From contig OZ316895.1 in the NCBI GenBank assembly GCA_973895155.1, positions 8,854,184 through 8,918,183 on the forward strand: 64,000 nucleotides of DNA, written 5' to 3'. The notes below the pieces were generated by a model that saw nothing but the letters and a program-made list of their open reading frames with translations, searched no databases and was not told the origin of the DNA. Positions 52,140 to 63,598 of the stretch are shown here, piece after piece. Each line of letters starts with the position of its first letter. Positions within the stretch are counted from its first letter, which is position 1. Origin of the DNA: Marsupella aquatica (Eukaryota; Plantae; Marchantiophyta). The translations under genes were made by a program, and so were the position numbers.

Positions 52140-53620
52140 TAGTCCAGGTGCAGCATGGCAGGGCCATGGCAAGCTAAGTCCAGGCGCGGGCAGGCTGAGG
52201 GCAGGCCGTGCGGCAGAGTACGTGGGGTTTGCCGTGGCGCAGTCGTGGGTCCAGGCGTGCAAGTGAGGCAACCACGGTGAGGCCGCCACGGCCATGGTGA
52301 GCCGCCAGCCTCAGTCCAGGCACGGCGAGCGGTGGCAGCAGGGTCAGTGGTGAGCAAAGCCACACGCCACGGCGGAGAGTCAGCCGCGGCCGAGCCAAAG
52401 CTTCTGGTCCAGGCGCGGGTGAAGTAGGGGCAACTGAGCAATGGCAGCAGGGGCGAGACGGAGAGAGTTGTGGCGAGGCGATACCGTCCGCACCTGGACT
52501 GGCACGGCTCCGGCGAGCAATGGCTGGGGGTGCCGAGCGCAGGCAGCGCAAGGGAGGGCCATGGCAAGCCGTGAGGGAAGGAGGGAGCAGCCGTGGCGAG
52601 CTATGAGGGAGGCAGCAGCCCGGGAGGGAGGGACGCCGTCCGCGCCTGGACTGGCAGGGCTCGGGCGTTTGGGAGGGGGCCGCGCCCCAATGGCAGTCCC
52701 AGGCAGCAGCGCAAGGTGGGGGGGGGGCAGTGCCCCGATGGCAGCCTCAGCCGAAGGCCGAGGGAGGCTGACATTGCTGCCGAGGGCCGAGGTTGAGCGT
52801 GCGCCTGGGCTGGCAGGCTCGGGTGTGAGGGAGGAGGTTTGCCGTGGGGTTTGCCAGTGGCAGGAGGCAGGCCCTGGCAAGGCGAGGGCACGACAGGGCA
52901 GGGCAGGCGAGCCTGGGTCCAGGCGCGCGGGGAGCGAAGCCGCGCCGAGGCAGCCGTGGTGAGCAGGGGGTGACAGGAGCGGGCAGGCCGGTCCAGGCGC
53001 GCAGGGGCAGGGCAGGGCAGGCGTGCACGGGAGGGGGTGAGAGCGAAGGGGATTGGAGGGGAGAGCCTGGGTCCAGGCGCGCACGGAGCGAAGCCGCGGC
53101 GAGGCAGCCGTGGCGAGCAGGGGCGATAGGAGGGGGCAGGCCGGTCCAGGCGCGCAGCGATAGGGCAGGGCAGGCGCGCACGGAAGGGGGGAGAGCAAAG
53201 GGGAGAGAGGGGAGGGGAGGGGAGCAAAGGGGAGTGGAGGGGAGAGAGGGGAGGGGAAGATGGGCAGTGGCAGGGCACGGCAGCCACGGCGGGCAAGCCT
53301 GGGTCCAGGCGTGGCAGCTATGGCAAGGCAGGGGGTGGCAGGGCAACCGAGGAGGTGCAGGGGCTGGCGCGCCTGGACCAAGGCAGGGCGGGCTCGCATG
53401 GGAGGGGAGCGAAAGGGAGTGGAGAGAGGGGAAGTGGAGGGGAGAGAGGAGGGGAAGAGTCCAGGCGTGGCAGCTGCGGCAGGGCAGGCAAGGGCAGGGT
53501 GCCAGGCAGCGAGGCAAGGGGTGTGATTGCAACTGAGGCAGGAGGGTGGCAGGGCGACCAAGGAGGTGCAGCGGCTGGCGCACCTGGACCAAGGCACGGC
53601 CAGGCAGTGGCAAGCCAGGG
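52140..53620. repeat. GC-rich, G-skewed degenerate repeat region in the Helitron 5' portion
   Basis: About 15 copies of GTCCAGGC(G) in both orientations (CGCCTGGAC), ~150-bp duplicated blocks at 52900-53200 and many G-runs. Confidence 0.85.
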
Positions 53621-53764
53621 GGGTGAAGCAAGAGCTTTGTTGACTTTGAACGGTTTAGAAAAAACCCAAAAAGATCCAACGGCCACAGTTTGTTCCCGCC
53701 CCAATCACATTTTGTAAACGGACGAAAGCCCAAATTTGGCGGTATCGAGTATTATAGTGTTAGA

Positions 53765-54770
53765 CTAGCCCAATGCCCGTGCGTTGCACGAAAGATGTCA
53801 AGGTGAAAAAATATGTCGAGGAGAGAAAAGATGTTGAGATGATAAAAGATGTCGAGGAGAGAAAAGATGTTGAGGTGAGCAAAAGATGTCGAGGTGATAG
53901 AAGATGTCGAGGAGAGAAAAGATGTCGAGGAGAAAAAAGATGTTGAGGTGAGCAAAAGATGTCGAGGTGATAGAAGATGTCGAGGAGAGAAAAGATATCG
54001 AGGCGATAAAAGATGTCGAGGAGCAAAAAGATGTTGAGGAGAGAAAAGATGTCGAGGAGAGAAAAGATGTTGAGGTGAGCAAAAGATGTCGAGGTGATAG
54101 AAGATGTCGAGGAGAGAAAAGATGTCGAGGAGAAAAAAGATGTTGAGGTGAGCAAAAGATGTCGAGGTGATAGAAGATGTCGAGGAGAGAAAAGATATCG
54201 AGGCGATAAAAGATGTCGAGGAGCAAAAAGATGTTGAGGAGAGAAAAGATGTCGAGGTGAGAATAATGTTGAGGTGAGGAAAAGATGTTGAGATGATAAA
54301 TGAAGTAGAGGAGAGGAAAAGATGTCAAAGAGAGAAAAGATATTGAGGAGAGAAATAGATGTTGAGATGAGAAAAAAATTGAGGAGAGAAAATATGTCTA
54401 GGTGAACAAAAGATGTCGAGGAAAGAAACGTGTGCAAAGGAGAGAAAAAGATTTTGAGCAGAAAAAGATGTAAAGTAGAGCAACAGATTTTGAGGTGAGA
54501 AAATAAACTTGACACTTTTTCCACCCCTTGCCTGGGACCGGATGGGGCAAGATAAAGCCTCTCCCTCCCTCTTTTCTCATCCATGTGCCCCCCCTTCCCT
54601 TTCTCCTTGCCTCTCCCCCTCTTTGCTTTGCTTCCAAGGCTTTCTTTGGGACAATAAAAGTCAAATTTTGTGAGACAATTGTGATGAAAAACCATAGAAA
54701 TATTTGTCATAGTTTATGGGTGTGAAGTCTCATTATTTTGGCACAAAAATATATATATATATATAAGTAG
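53765..54770 (-). mobile_element. Helitron unit B (non-autonomous) with canonical 3' terminus
   Basis: Minus strand ends CGTGC-AAC-GCACG GGCATTGGG CTAG at 53765 (hairpin 53778-53790). Its start CTACTTATATA...TTTTTGTGCC resembles the unit A 5' end. Confidence 0.75.
53791..54500. repeat. 18-19-bp minisatellite (gatgtcgaggagagaaaa) with 73-bp and 200-bp higher-order repeats
   Basis: gttgaggtgagc at 53869, 53942, 54069 and 54142; aaagatatcgaggcgataa at 53991 and 54191. Confidence 0.92.
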
Positions 54771-56550
54771 CCCGATGCCCATGCGTTGCCCAGAAGATGT
54801 TGAGGTGAGAAAAAACCATTGAGGTGAGGAAAAGATATCGAGGAGATAAAAAGATGCTGAGATGAGAAAAATATGTGGAGGAGAGAAACAGATGTTGAGG
54901 TGAGAAAAACGTTCAATAAGAGAAAAAAATGTCAAGGTGAGAAAATGATATTAAGGTGAGGAAATCATGTCCATGAGAGAAAAAAAATGTGAAAATGAAA
55001 ATATGATGCTGAGATGAGAAGAGATGCCAAAGATAAAATATCTCAAGAAGAGAAAATATATCAAGGTGCATGAGAAAATGCTGAGGTGATAAAAGATGTT
55101 GAGGAGAAAAAAGGTGCAGAGAGGAAAGATGGCAAGGTGAGAAAAAGATGTCAATGTGAGATTGAAAAAAACACTGGGGTGAGGAAAATATCTCAAGGAG
55201 AGAAAATATGTCAATATGATAAAAAGTAGTTGATGAGATAAAAAGATGTCAAGGTGAGAAAAATATGTCAAGGCGAGAAAAATTGTCAAGTTGAGGCAAA
55301 GATATTGAGGCAATGTATGTCCCAAGGTGCTATTGTGAAAACAATGTTGTGGCAAGGGTGAGAGCATGGGAGGGAACGCAAGACAGGGGGCGGCTGGGGT
55401 GTTACAGGGTCAAGTGTGGTCGCCCTTAGCTATATGGAGGGAGATAAATTCACAATTTTTTTTCCTTTTTTCTTCAATCTCCTCTTTTGTGCCTTTCCTT
55501 TCTCTCCTTCCAGTCTCCCATCCTGGCTCTTTGGCACCCTCCCTCCCTTTCCAACATGATTAAGAAAGAGAAGAAGAATCAACATGGAGCAAAAGATAAA
55601 TGATCTCTCAGAAAAATGAAAATCTCTCTTCTCCTTAGCAAAAAAAAACAAAACAAATATGATACCAATGTTATGCACATGTCATTTTTGAAAGTAGTTA
55701 GCCAGCACATGTAGTTTGTAAACACCTACTTTAAGAGCAAAAATATCCATGGTATTCACTTCCATAGGTGATCCCTTTCACTCAATCCAAGGGTGTCAAA
55801 ATCATTGAAATATATTGATGGTATTGGTTTGTTCCTTCCTTTTCCACTTTTGTAGATTGCACTAACTCTTTGAGATGGGATGGTTTTTTATAATGTGATT
55901 TGAAATATGACATATATAGAAACCCATTGCCCTAACTTGCATTGCACATTTGTCCTTTTTAACCATTTTATTGTTACAATCATTTATCACTCCGGCCATT
56001 TCGTTGTTGGGGCCATTTTATTCTTGGGGCCATTGTGTCTTTGGTCAATAAGGTTATTGCAATAAAGAATATAGGATTGAATGTTAATGTAACCTGGAAA
56101 AAGTACTTTATAGAGATTAGAAAAAAAAACAATGTTTTCACTACTCCTAGTAGACTTAAATTTTTTCCACTTTCCTATAAATCATCCCTTTTGGACTCAC
56201 AACTTAATTTGTATTGTATGTTGTCTATACTTCTTACTTTCTGTGAATGGGGCAATCATGTGGGGTCTACTTAGATTTTCTTGTCAGACCCATCTACCCA
56301 TGATAGCCACATGTCAACTCAATTCCCAATGACCTTTTTCTAGATGTTTGTATATGAGTCTAGGTGTGGGTGGAAGCCCATGGATCCGTGCCTCAGGCTA
56401 GGACAAACTCTTTATTCTTCCTTACAGAGATCTGATGGGCAGGAAAATTTAAGTTTTAAATCCAATGGTCATAATGAGTTCCCTCCAAAAGTGATTTTGT
56501 AAGCGGACGATGAGCACAAAAAGGGGGGATTGTATATTATAGTAAGTAGA
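54767..56550 (-). mobile_element. Helitron unit A (non-autonomous)
   Basis: Host A|TCTACTTACTATAATA...CGTCCGCTTACAAAAT 5' end at 56550. The 3' end GGGCAACGCATGGGCATCGGGCTA(C) lies at ~54767-54790, with a diverged minisatellite at 54793-55310. Confidence 0.75.
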
Positions 56551-56907
56551 TTTGCATTAAAAAAAGGACCCACAAGTCCTTCAGAAGATCTTCTCTTCTC
56601 TTCTCACATCTAGAAAGACTTTAGCCAAAGACTGCCTGACATTCAGGTGGAGTGGGTCCTTAATCTGTCTTTTAGTAAGTTAATCTGACACCACTGGCTG
56701 TACTTGGCTTTACAAGACATTGGGGACAATAAAAGGATTCAATTTTATTTTTTATAGCCCCACCATATTTAGTGTGTGCAATGGCTCTCCAGTTTGCTTT
56801 GGTGAAAAAAAAACTCCCAAGTGCCCGCCATGTGTTGTAAAGTCCTCCTTATATCGGCTGACCATCCCTCCCTCTCCCATGACCTCGTAAACTAAAATAG
56901 GGCATTG

Positions 56908-57455
56908 TTGGGTATTTATTTCGTACAGGATCACCCAGTAACATTTGGATATCTTACATGGGGTAACAGTTACTCAGTCTCCTGTCATGATCTCATGAAC
57001 TGAAAAGAGAGCCTTGGGGATTGGGTATTTACTTCTTACAGTAACCACATAGTAATCTTTGGATGCTGTTATATGGAGTGATCTTCCCTCTGGCTCTTTC
57101 TCTCTCTCTTGTAAGGCTAAGGCACTCAAGCTCACCACAACATGATACAACCAGACCTCAATTTTCTTGGGTACTAAAATTTGAGTGGGGTTGTGGCACA
57201 TTGTATGCAATCAGGTTTCCTACCGAATTCCTCTTATGGTTCCGAGCGTGACTGGTCGGGTCTCACATTCGGCTCCAGGCCCGTCATGATGTTGCCCCTG
57301 ACCCGGGTGTGGTCAATGCTGAAATAGACGGACTTGAGACGCCCCTACTAGAAACTGGGCATCGCCAACTTGACTACTTGGGTATTTACTCCTTACAGTA
57401 AAGACCCAGTAACCTTTGGATGCTCTTATAGTGGGCTGACCTGCTCCCTCTCATG
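56908..57455. repeat. Three dispersed diverged copies of a ~60-70-bp motif
   Basis: ttgggtattta...tacag....agtaa..tttggat at ~56908, ~57021 and ~57378. Confidence 0.7.
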
Positions 57456-58893
57456 GTCTCATCTTCGCGGAAGGAAGAAAAGGCGCATTGTAGCCCTGTA
57501 GCACAGGAGAGCACAGCAGAGCACAGCAGTGAGCTTGCCGTCATGTTGGAGCCGTCGAACGAACCAGCCATCCCCGCCGCCCTGGCCTACTGATGCTGCG
57601 CCACCATTCCAGCAAAACCACTACAACAGTAATTGGACTTGGCTCCCTTGGATTGGGTTCTGCACGTTTATCTCCGCACGCACGCGGAACTCTGTGGCAT
57701 CCCGGGGTAGGGAACAACCGTTGTTGCCGTGTTGGATAGTACTGTCACGAAGGGTCAGCAGAACTCATCAGACCAGCTCAGCTCAGCTCAGCTGAAATCA
57801 TATTCATTCCTTCGTGTGACTGTTGTGGAGTTATTGGAGTACAACATTCGCTTCGCTGGAAATTTTGTCAAGCCGATTTCAAATTCTTACAGATCGCTCG
57901 TCGCCGCCCTTAGAGGGACCTGCGCTAGCAACTGCGGATGCTGTACCAGCTGATAGATTCATATCCATCGCAGTTTTTGTGCATGGTTCAAGTGTAGTCT
58001 ATATTATTGCAAGTCTGCCCCTCTGAATCTCGACTGGTCGCGAGCGAGAGCTCTGCCATGAGACGAGGATCCCAAAGCTCGGGCTCTGCCGTGTTCCCTG
58101 CCATCTTTCCCGGCTGCCTCCAGTTTTAGTCTTTTCGGCTGTACTGTTACAGAGATGACTGCCAGAGAAGAAGAGAGAGCGAGGGAAGAAGGAGAAAATT
58201 CTGCTGTGAACTACTGCTAGAAGTCCTGTTTGTAATCGTTCCTTCCCCTCGTCTGTTCGAAAGGGCCAGCTGAGAGAAGTTACCGGGACCCGTGACATTT
58301 GCGTTATCACTGTTGATTGGATTTCTTCTCCTTCGGCTGATCATCGTGGAACTCACTGCTGCTGTGTGTTCCTTGTCGTGATTTTCTGCTATCCTCCGCC
58401 GCAACATGCTTGCCGGAGCGAACAGACCTGAAATCATGGCATCATCGGTTACCACGTCACAATCGGATGCGTAGGCTGTGGCAAACTTTGTTCAGATATT
58501 TCCTGGGGACCCGTTCAGAGAATCGTCGGAATTGTACTGGAGGTAGTAATGGCGAGTTGATCCTGGGCTGCTGACCATTGGGATTAGGTGGTCGGTTGTC
58601 ATCATGCTCCCAAGATAGCACGATCCATCCTTCTCGCAGCCTTTTTCTCGTCCCCCTCCATCTCTACAAAGTCTGTCTGTAGTTCTTTGAAGGCATTTCT
58701 TTCTCTTCTCATCTCTTCTCCTCTTCTCTTCTCTTAATATTCGGACAGGTGTAGCTGTATCTTCAGGCCTCTACCCAGTTTTTGTCAAGTAGAGTTGAGT
58801 TGCAGCAACTACATCGCTCACATTTCTATTTTTCTTGGATCGACGTGAGCTGGTCCCTCAAATTTCAGTCTGCTTGCACAAACTTAAACGAGA

Positions 58894-60087
58894 ATGTTGG
58901 AAAAGCAGGTAAGTGTGGATTCGGAATCCAGTACCGACTCGTGGACTACTGGAGAATCGTCTCAGCGAAGCTCTGATTCGGGACGAGGGTACAGTAGCGG
59001 CGAAAGCGGCACTTCCTACCAGTGCATTGCGACTCTATCTGGGCACTCAGGGCCGGTCTCCTCCCTAGCCGTGATTGGAAATAGGATATATTCTGGAGGC
59101 TCCGATGGGCGCGACATCCGAGTCTGGAACCAGCCGGAGATGACCGAGAGTTGCAGATTTGGATCCGGAGATGGAGCCGTGAAAGCTCTCATCGTGGTTG
59201 GGGATTGTGTGTTCAGTGCGCATCAGGATATGAAAATCCGGGTCTGGAGGCCACCGGAAGGAGGGCATGGACCGAAAGGACCCAAACTGGTTGCAACCCT
59301 TCCCACATTGAAGGACTACCTCATCCGTTGTGTAGCTGCGAAGAATTATGTCCAAGTCAGACGGCATAAAACAACCCTCTGGATTCAGCACAACGATGCC
59401 ATATCCGTCTTAGCAGCTGGGCCTGGGAACTTGCTTTACTCGGGCTCTTGGGACAAAACGATTAAAGTGTGGAGGACTTCTGACTTCAGATGTTTGGAAT
59501 CGATCACAGGACATCACGACGCCGTGAGTTCTTTAGTTGCAGACCAGCAGGGGTTCCTCTTCTCGGCATCAGCTGACACCACTGTGAAAGTGTGGATCAA
59601 ATGCGGTAAGAAGCATTCCTTGGTCACGACTCTGAGTAAGCACAAGTCATCCGTTAACGCCCTCGCCTTGAGCCCCGACGAATCTTTACTCTATGCGGCA
59701 TCCAGTGACAAGACAATTAGTATCTGGGAGAGAACAAAGGGAGAGGAGGAAGGCCACATGAAGTTCGTTGGATTGTTGAGGGGGCATCGGCAATCAGTGC
59801 TATGCATAGTTGCTGTTGAAGACTTTGTTTGCACGGGTTCCGCTGACAAAACTATCCGGGTATGGAGAAGAAGCGGGACCGATCACACTCTCGTCACCGT
59901 TTTGGAGGGCCACCGTGGAGCAGTGAGATCCATATGCGCCTCCCTGGAAGCAGTGGAGCTGGGATTGATGATTTACAGTGGAAGCATTGACCGATCCGTG
60001 AAGGTGTGGTGGTTGCCCCCGTCTCAAGATAGCAGCAGCAGTTCTTCTCCCGCCGGCAGCCCCCTCTTGTTGAAGTGGAGATCCTGA
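58894..60087 (+). CDS. JGB: Intronless WD40-repeat protein, JINGUBANG-like, 397 aa
   Basis: Multiple GH...WD/W repeats and the family-typical segments GAVKAL, FSAHQDMKIRVW, ATLPTLKD, KNYVQVRRHK..LWIQH.DAIS, LYSGSWDKTIKVW and YSGSIDRSVKVW. Confidence 0.85.
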   Translation: MLEKQVSVDSESSTDSWTTGESSQRSSDSGRGYSSGESGTSYQCIATLSGHSGPVSSLAVIGNRIYSGGSDGRDIRVWNQPEMTESCRFGSGDGAVKALIVVGDCVFSAHQDMKIRVWRPPEGGHGPKGPKLVATLPTLKDYLIRCVAAKNYVQVRRHKTTLWIQHNDAISVLAAGPGNLLYSGSWDKTIKVWRTSDFRCLESITGHHDAVSSLVADQQGFLFSASADTTVKVWIKCGKKHSLVTTLSKHKSSVNALALSPDESLLYAASSDKTISIWERTKGEEEGHMKFVGLLRGHRQSVLCIVAVEDFVCTGSADKTIRVWRRSGTDHTLVTVLEGHRGAVRSICASLEAVELGLMIYSGSIDRSVKVWWLPPSQDSSSSSSPAGSPLLLKWRS

Positions 60088-63000
60088 ATCGATATTCCAT
60101 ACCTCCAATGCGAATCGAAACATTTGACGTCAGATTTACTGTCCATGACTCAGTCGTTGGATGTTCCTGTGTGCCCTTTCGAAAGCCCGTCAACGGGTTT
60201 TGGAAACGCAAATCGTGGGACCGGGTGGTGATAATAATGTTGTCTCTCATTTGAACTGCACGTGATTCGAATAGCGGCCGAAACTGCCAGAAGGGCTTGG
60301 GGATGCGCTTCCCTCTAAGTTACCGGCAGTTCAGCTAGAGCAGAATGACACAACTCGGAGTTCACAGCATTGCTTCACGACCTCAACCAGAGCTGCATGA
60401 GTCAATCTGTGTCGGTGCGAGGATTTAAGGTTACTCGTCTTTCGAGTGATCATCCTTCATATCATCCCTTAACGTAACTCTAATTTCGTCAATCTAAACA
60501 TACGTGAGATAGCACCGGATTTGTAGTTTGTTTAGTCATTCTGCAAGATTGAAACCAGCAAGTCGGAATAGGATGAAGTAGATACCCAGATCGGAACTCG
60601 CGCCTCACTCACCCATCATCGAATCAGATATCACGCGGCAGAAATTTGCTTCATTGTGCGTAAATAGGTAGCCAGTCTTTGTATAGGTTAGGACATTTGT
60701 GTATCACAGAATACGGGGATGTTTGGTTCCCCTTCATTAGATCATCAATTTTCCAGCAACATTATAGATCAGTAGAATCGAGATTTTAGGCTCTAGCCTT
60801 TCATTTGTTGATTACCAAGGATGCAGCTTTTGTGCTGCTGAGTGTACAAAATTGGACCATGCCATTGAAAGAAGTTGTCTCCTTTTCGGTACAGACTGCT
60901 TCTGACTCGGAATTTCGGAAACTTGGCACCTACAAGATATTTGTTTTGTTCGACGTGTTTTGGTTCCGCCTTTGAGTGGATAATATTTGCAGTCGTCAGC
61001 AGCGAGAATAATCCAAGATTGGATATTGTCGCAATCCCGGTCGCAAGTAACGATTCGTTTCGACTCTCTTTCTTGCTTCATCAGTTGTATTGTAGTTCAG
61101 TAGAGTTCGCCGAATCGCGCGTCCTTGCTAATAGAAGTAACGATGCTTGTTGCATTGCATTGGTGCATTGTTGTTTTCACATATTGAATTTCGTGCCAGG
61201 GCATGATCTTTCCATCCAGTGAACAAAACCAAGCTTCTCGCTGAGATGGAAGGGGACAGTATCTCTAGTGAAAGCTGAGTTTCGTTGGGAAACATGGTAC
61301 TCGCGCGAGAAGCTGGGGCACATCCGGCAGAAGCTTCGGTTTTGTCTTTGGCAAGTTGAGTTTGTCGGATAACAGAGTTTTGTTGTCGCTTCAGTGTGAT
61401 CAAGCGACGTATTGAAGTTCAGCCAGTATCACCACGGCTCCAGAGCCAATGACGTTGACTACGGTCTGATTTTCGACTATATTACTTGACCTACTGACCT
61501 ACAGCTATGAGTTGACCACCGAGCTAAAGATTGTGTGTGGTGGACTCGGCAGACGCCTCGCCTGCCTCGCTCAGATTGGTCGCGTGGGTTCGCATTTATT
61601 CCCACCCACGTTGAAATTACATGTCTCCATCAGATTCTTCGATTATCTCGAGCCTTTCTTCGTCAGGATATCCAGCTGCAGAAAGCCACCATAGCAAGTT
61701 CCTCGAGTTCTTACCCATGCGGAATTTACAATTTATCTCCATCGGATGCCTGGAAAGGTTGATTATCTCTAGCAGTCTGCCGACTCTCTACGGTGGTTTC
61801 TAGCCTTGTCAGAAAGACCAGCAGAAGATCACCTTATTCAACTCACTTACTGATCAAGGCACTGGTGGCCGGTGGCCGGTGGCCCCACGGTTAGACTCAA
61901 CGGGCGCGAATGCAGAATGATCTCTTGAGTGAGATGTTGTGGACGTTGGGCACAATTTCCCAAGTTGCTCTTCAAGAGTCTGACTCGGGGCCCACCGCCA
62001 GGCGAACGCGCATTATCTGATGGCAGAGTACTCTGTATGGCAACCGCCCATCAAGCTTGAATTGCAACGACACAGGCAGTGGGCAATTATTGCTCACAAC
62101 TTGGGATCGAAGGAAGCCGCAGCAGAAGGAGTGAAGGATGACACTAATGTACCAGATTTCAGCTTCGTCAAATGTGGATGAGAAGCAAGGACCAAGACCG
62201 GACCGGGCCCGAAAGAGCCATAGCAATCCCCCTCCCACTCCACAATTCGTACCCAGCGTGTCCTTTCCGTGGCTAATGGCTACAGTAGTCTATTTGCTAC
62301 CGTGAGATGCCCTGGAACAGTGGTTGTGGAGGTTCGTCGAAGATAGTTCACAATTCACGGTAGACCTCGTTCAGTTTATTGATAAAATGCAGCCCGGCCA
62401 GGTTGAGTTAGAGCACTCTCTTCCCATGTCCCGCCTCCTTCCATAGTTATTACATTTCACGATCGACCGACCCGGAAATCAATTCAAATTGATCTGCTAA
62501 AATGTGTCGCGTGACATTGAAATATGAGGTATTGTTTTACATTTCCAGGAGAGACAGATCTCGCTCTTCGAGCGCACTTGTAAGTGTATTGCTGAGTCTA
62601 CTTGGTGGAATCTCCCAGAGTCCAGTAAAGGACATGACGTGGCAGGGAGCGGAGAGAGAAGGAGACTGAGCCATGGAGTTTTCCGAGATCCAATTTGAAA
62701 AAGGTGAAATCTGAATTGGACAACAAGATTTAACTTGGTCTGATGATTTGGGATTCTGTGACATCGACAACTATAGGTGATCGCACCAAGTAAACGGGAG
62801 GAAATTGGAAACTGACTGGACAGTGAACATCAACAGATCTGCTCGACAGGGGGCTTGTTCTGCTCATTCGGTCGGTCTTGTGTTCTAGCCTACGACAGAA
62901 CGTCGCAACATTTGAACAACGCCAAGCTTTGAGAACTTTCCAAAAAATTACCTGGATCTGCAAGTCTATCTCCAACGTGCTCCATCTCCATGACTCCATG

Positions 63001-63151
63001 AATGCCCCACAACTAGTCATTAGGACGTCTCGAACCTTCTACACTATACCATGAGGTGGTTTTAGGCAACCAAAATGCTCTGGGCTGGGTTGCCGGTCAA
63101 AAATGTGTGGTTCCCTGAAGAGGGGTTATGATCACTAACTTGGGTTATGAT

Positions 63152-63598
63152 CAGTGTATTTTCTAAGGTTTTTACTTTTTCGCCAGAGTGGGGAACGTCT
63201 TGTGTGAAGGAGAAGATGCTCAAAATATTCATTATCTGATTATTTTCCTGTGGGTCAGATCTCCCTAGATTCTGGCTAATGCATTAGATTCTGGCTAATG
63301 GACCTGTGATTAAGTGGGAATCTCCGTAGATTTAAGGATGGCCATTAGATTCTGGCTAATGGGACCTGTGATTAGGTGGAGATCTCCCTAGATGTAAGGA
63401 TCACCATTAGATTCTGGCTAATGGGACTTGTGATTAGGTGGAACATGGCTAATGAGACAATTCTAGCTAATGGGACATGTGATTAGGTGGAACACTGACT
63501 AATGAGAGAGAAATATATTAGCTAGTTTTTGCCAACAATGGTGAAAGCTTTTTGGGGATATGGAATTTGGCAAATTTTTGCCACTAAAAAAACCACTG
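63152..63598. mobile_element. hAT-type MITE with 8-bp TSD and internal ~59-bp tandem repeats
   Basis: GTTATGAT|CAGTGTATTTT...AAAAAACCACTG|GTTATGAT (TSD 63144-63151 and 63599-63606); internal cattagattctggctaatgg repeats at 63260-63500. Confidence 0.8.

Larger units (their letters stand above)
42214..53764 (-). mobile_element. Helitron unit C (autonomous-type, RepHel-bearing; 3' terminus missing; nested LTR-type insertion)
   Basis: 5' end TCTAACACTATAATAC...CGTCCGTTTACAAAAT...GCCGTTGGAT at 53764. It contains RepHel coding remnants and a subterminal 19-bp repeat array at 42214-42432. No hairpin/CTAG terminus is visible beyond the array. Confidence 0.88.

Noticed and set aside
52139-54935. Long ORFs (up to 405 aa) in the GC-rich and minisatellite regions
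   Set aside because: They are open in several frames on both strands with low-complexity translations, which is an artefact of repeat composition.
53791-55310. CRISPR-like array
   Set aside because: Monomers abut with no unique spacers, there are no cas genes, and the context is eukaryotic; it is a minisatellite.
58130-58185. miR529/156-like sequence upstream of the WD40 gene
   Set aside because: Only a partial match to a GA-rich tract, with no convincing hairpin.
60800-63020. Short ORFs downstream of the WD40 gene
   Set aside because: No recognisable motifs or consistent exon chain.
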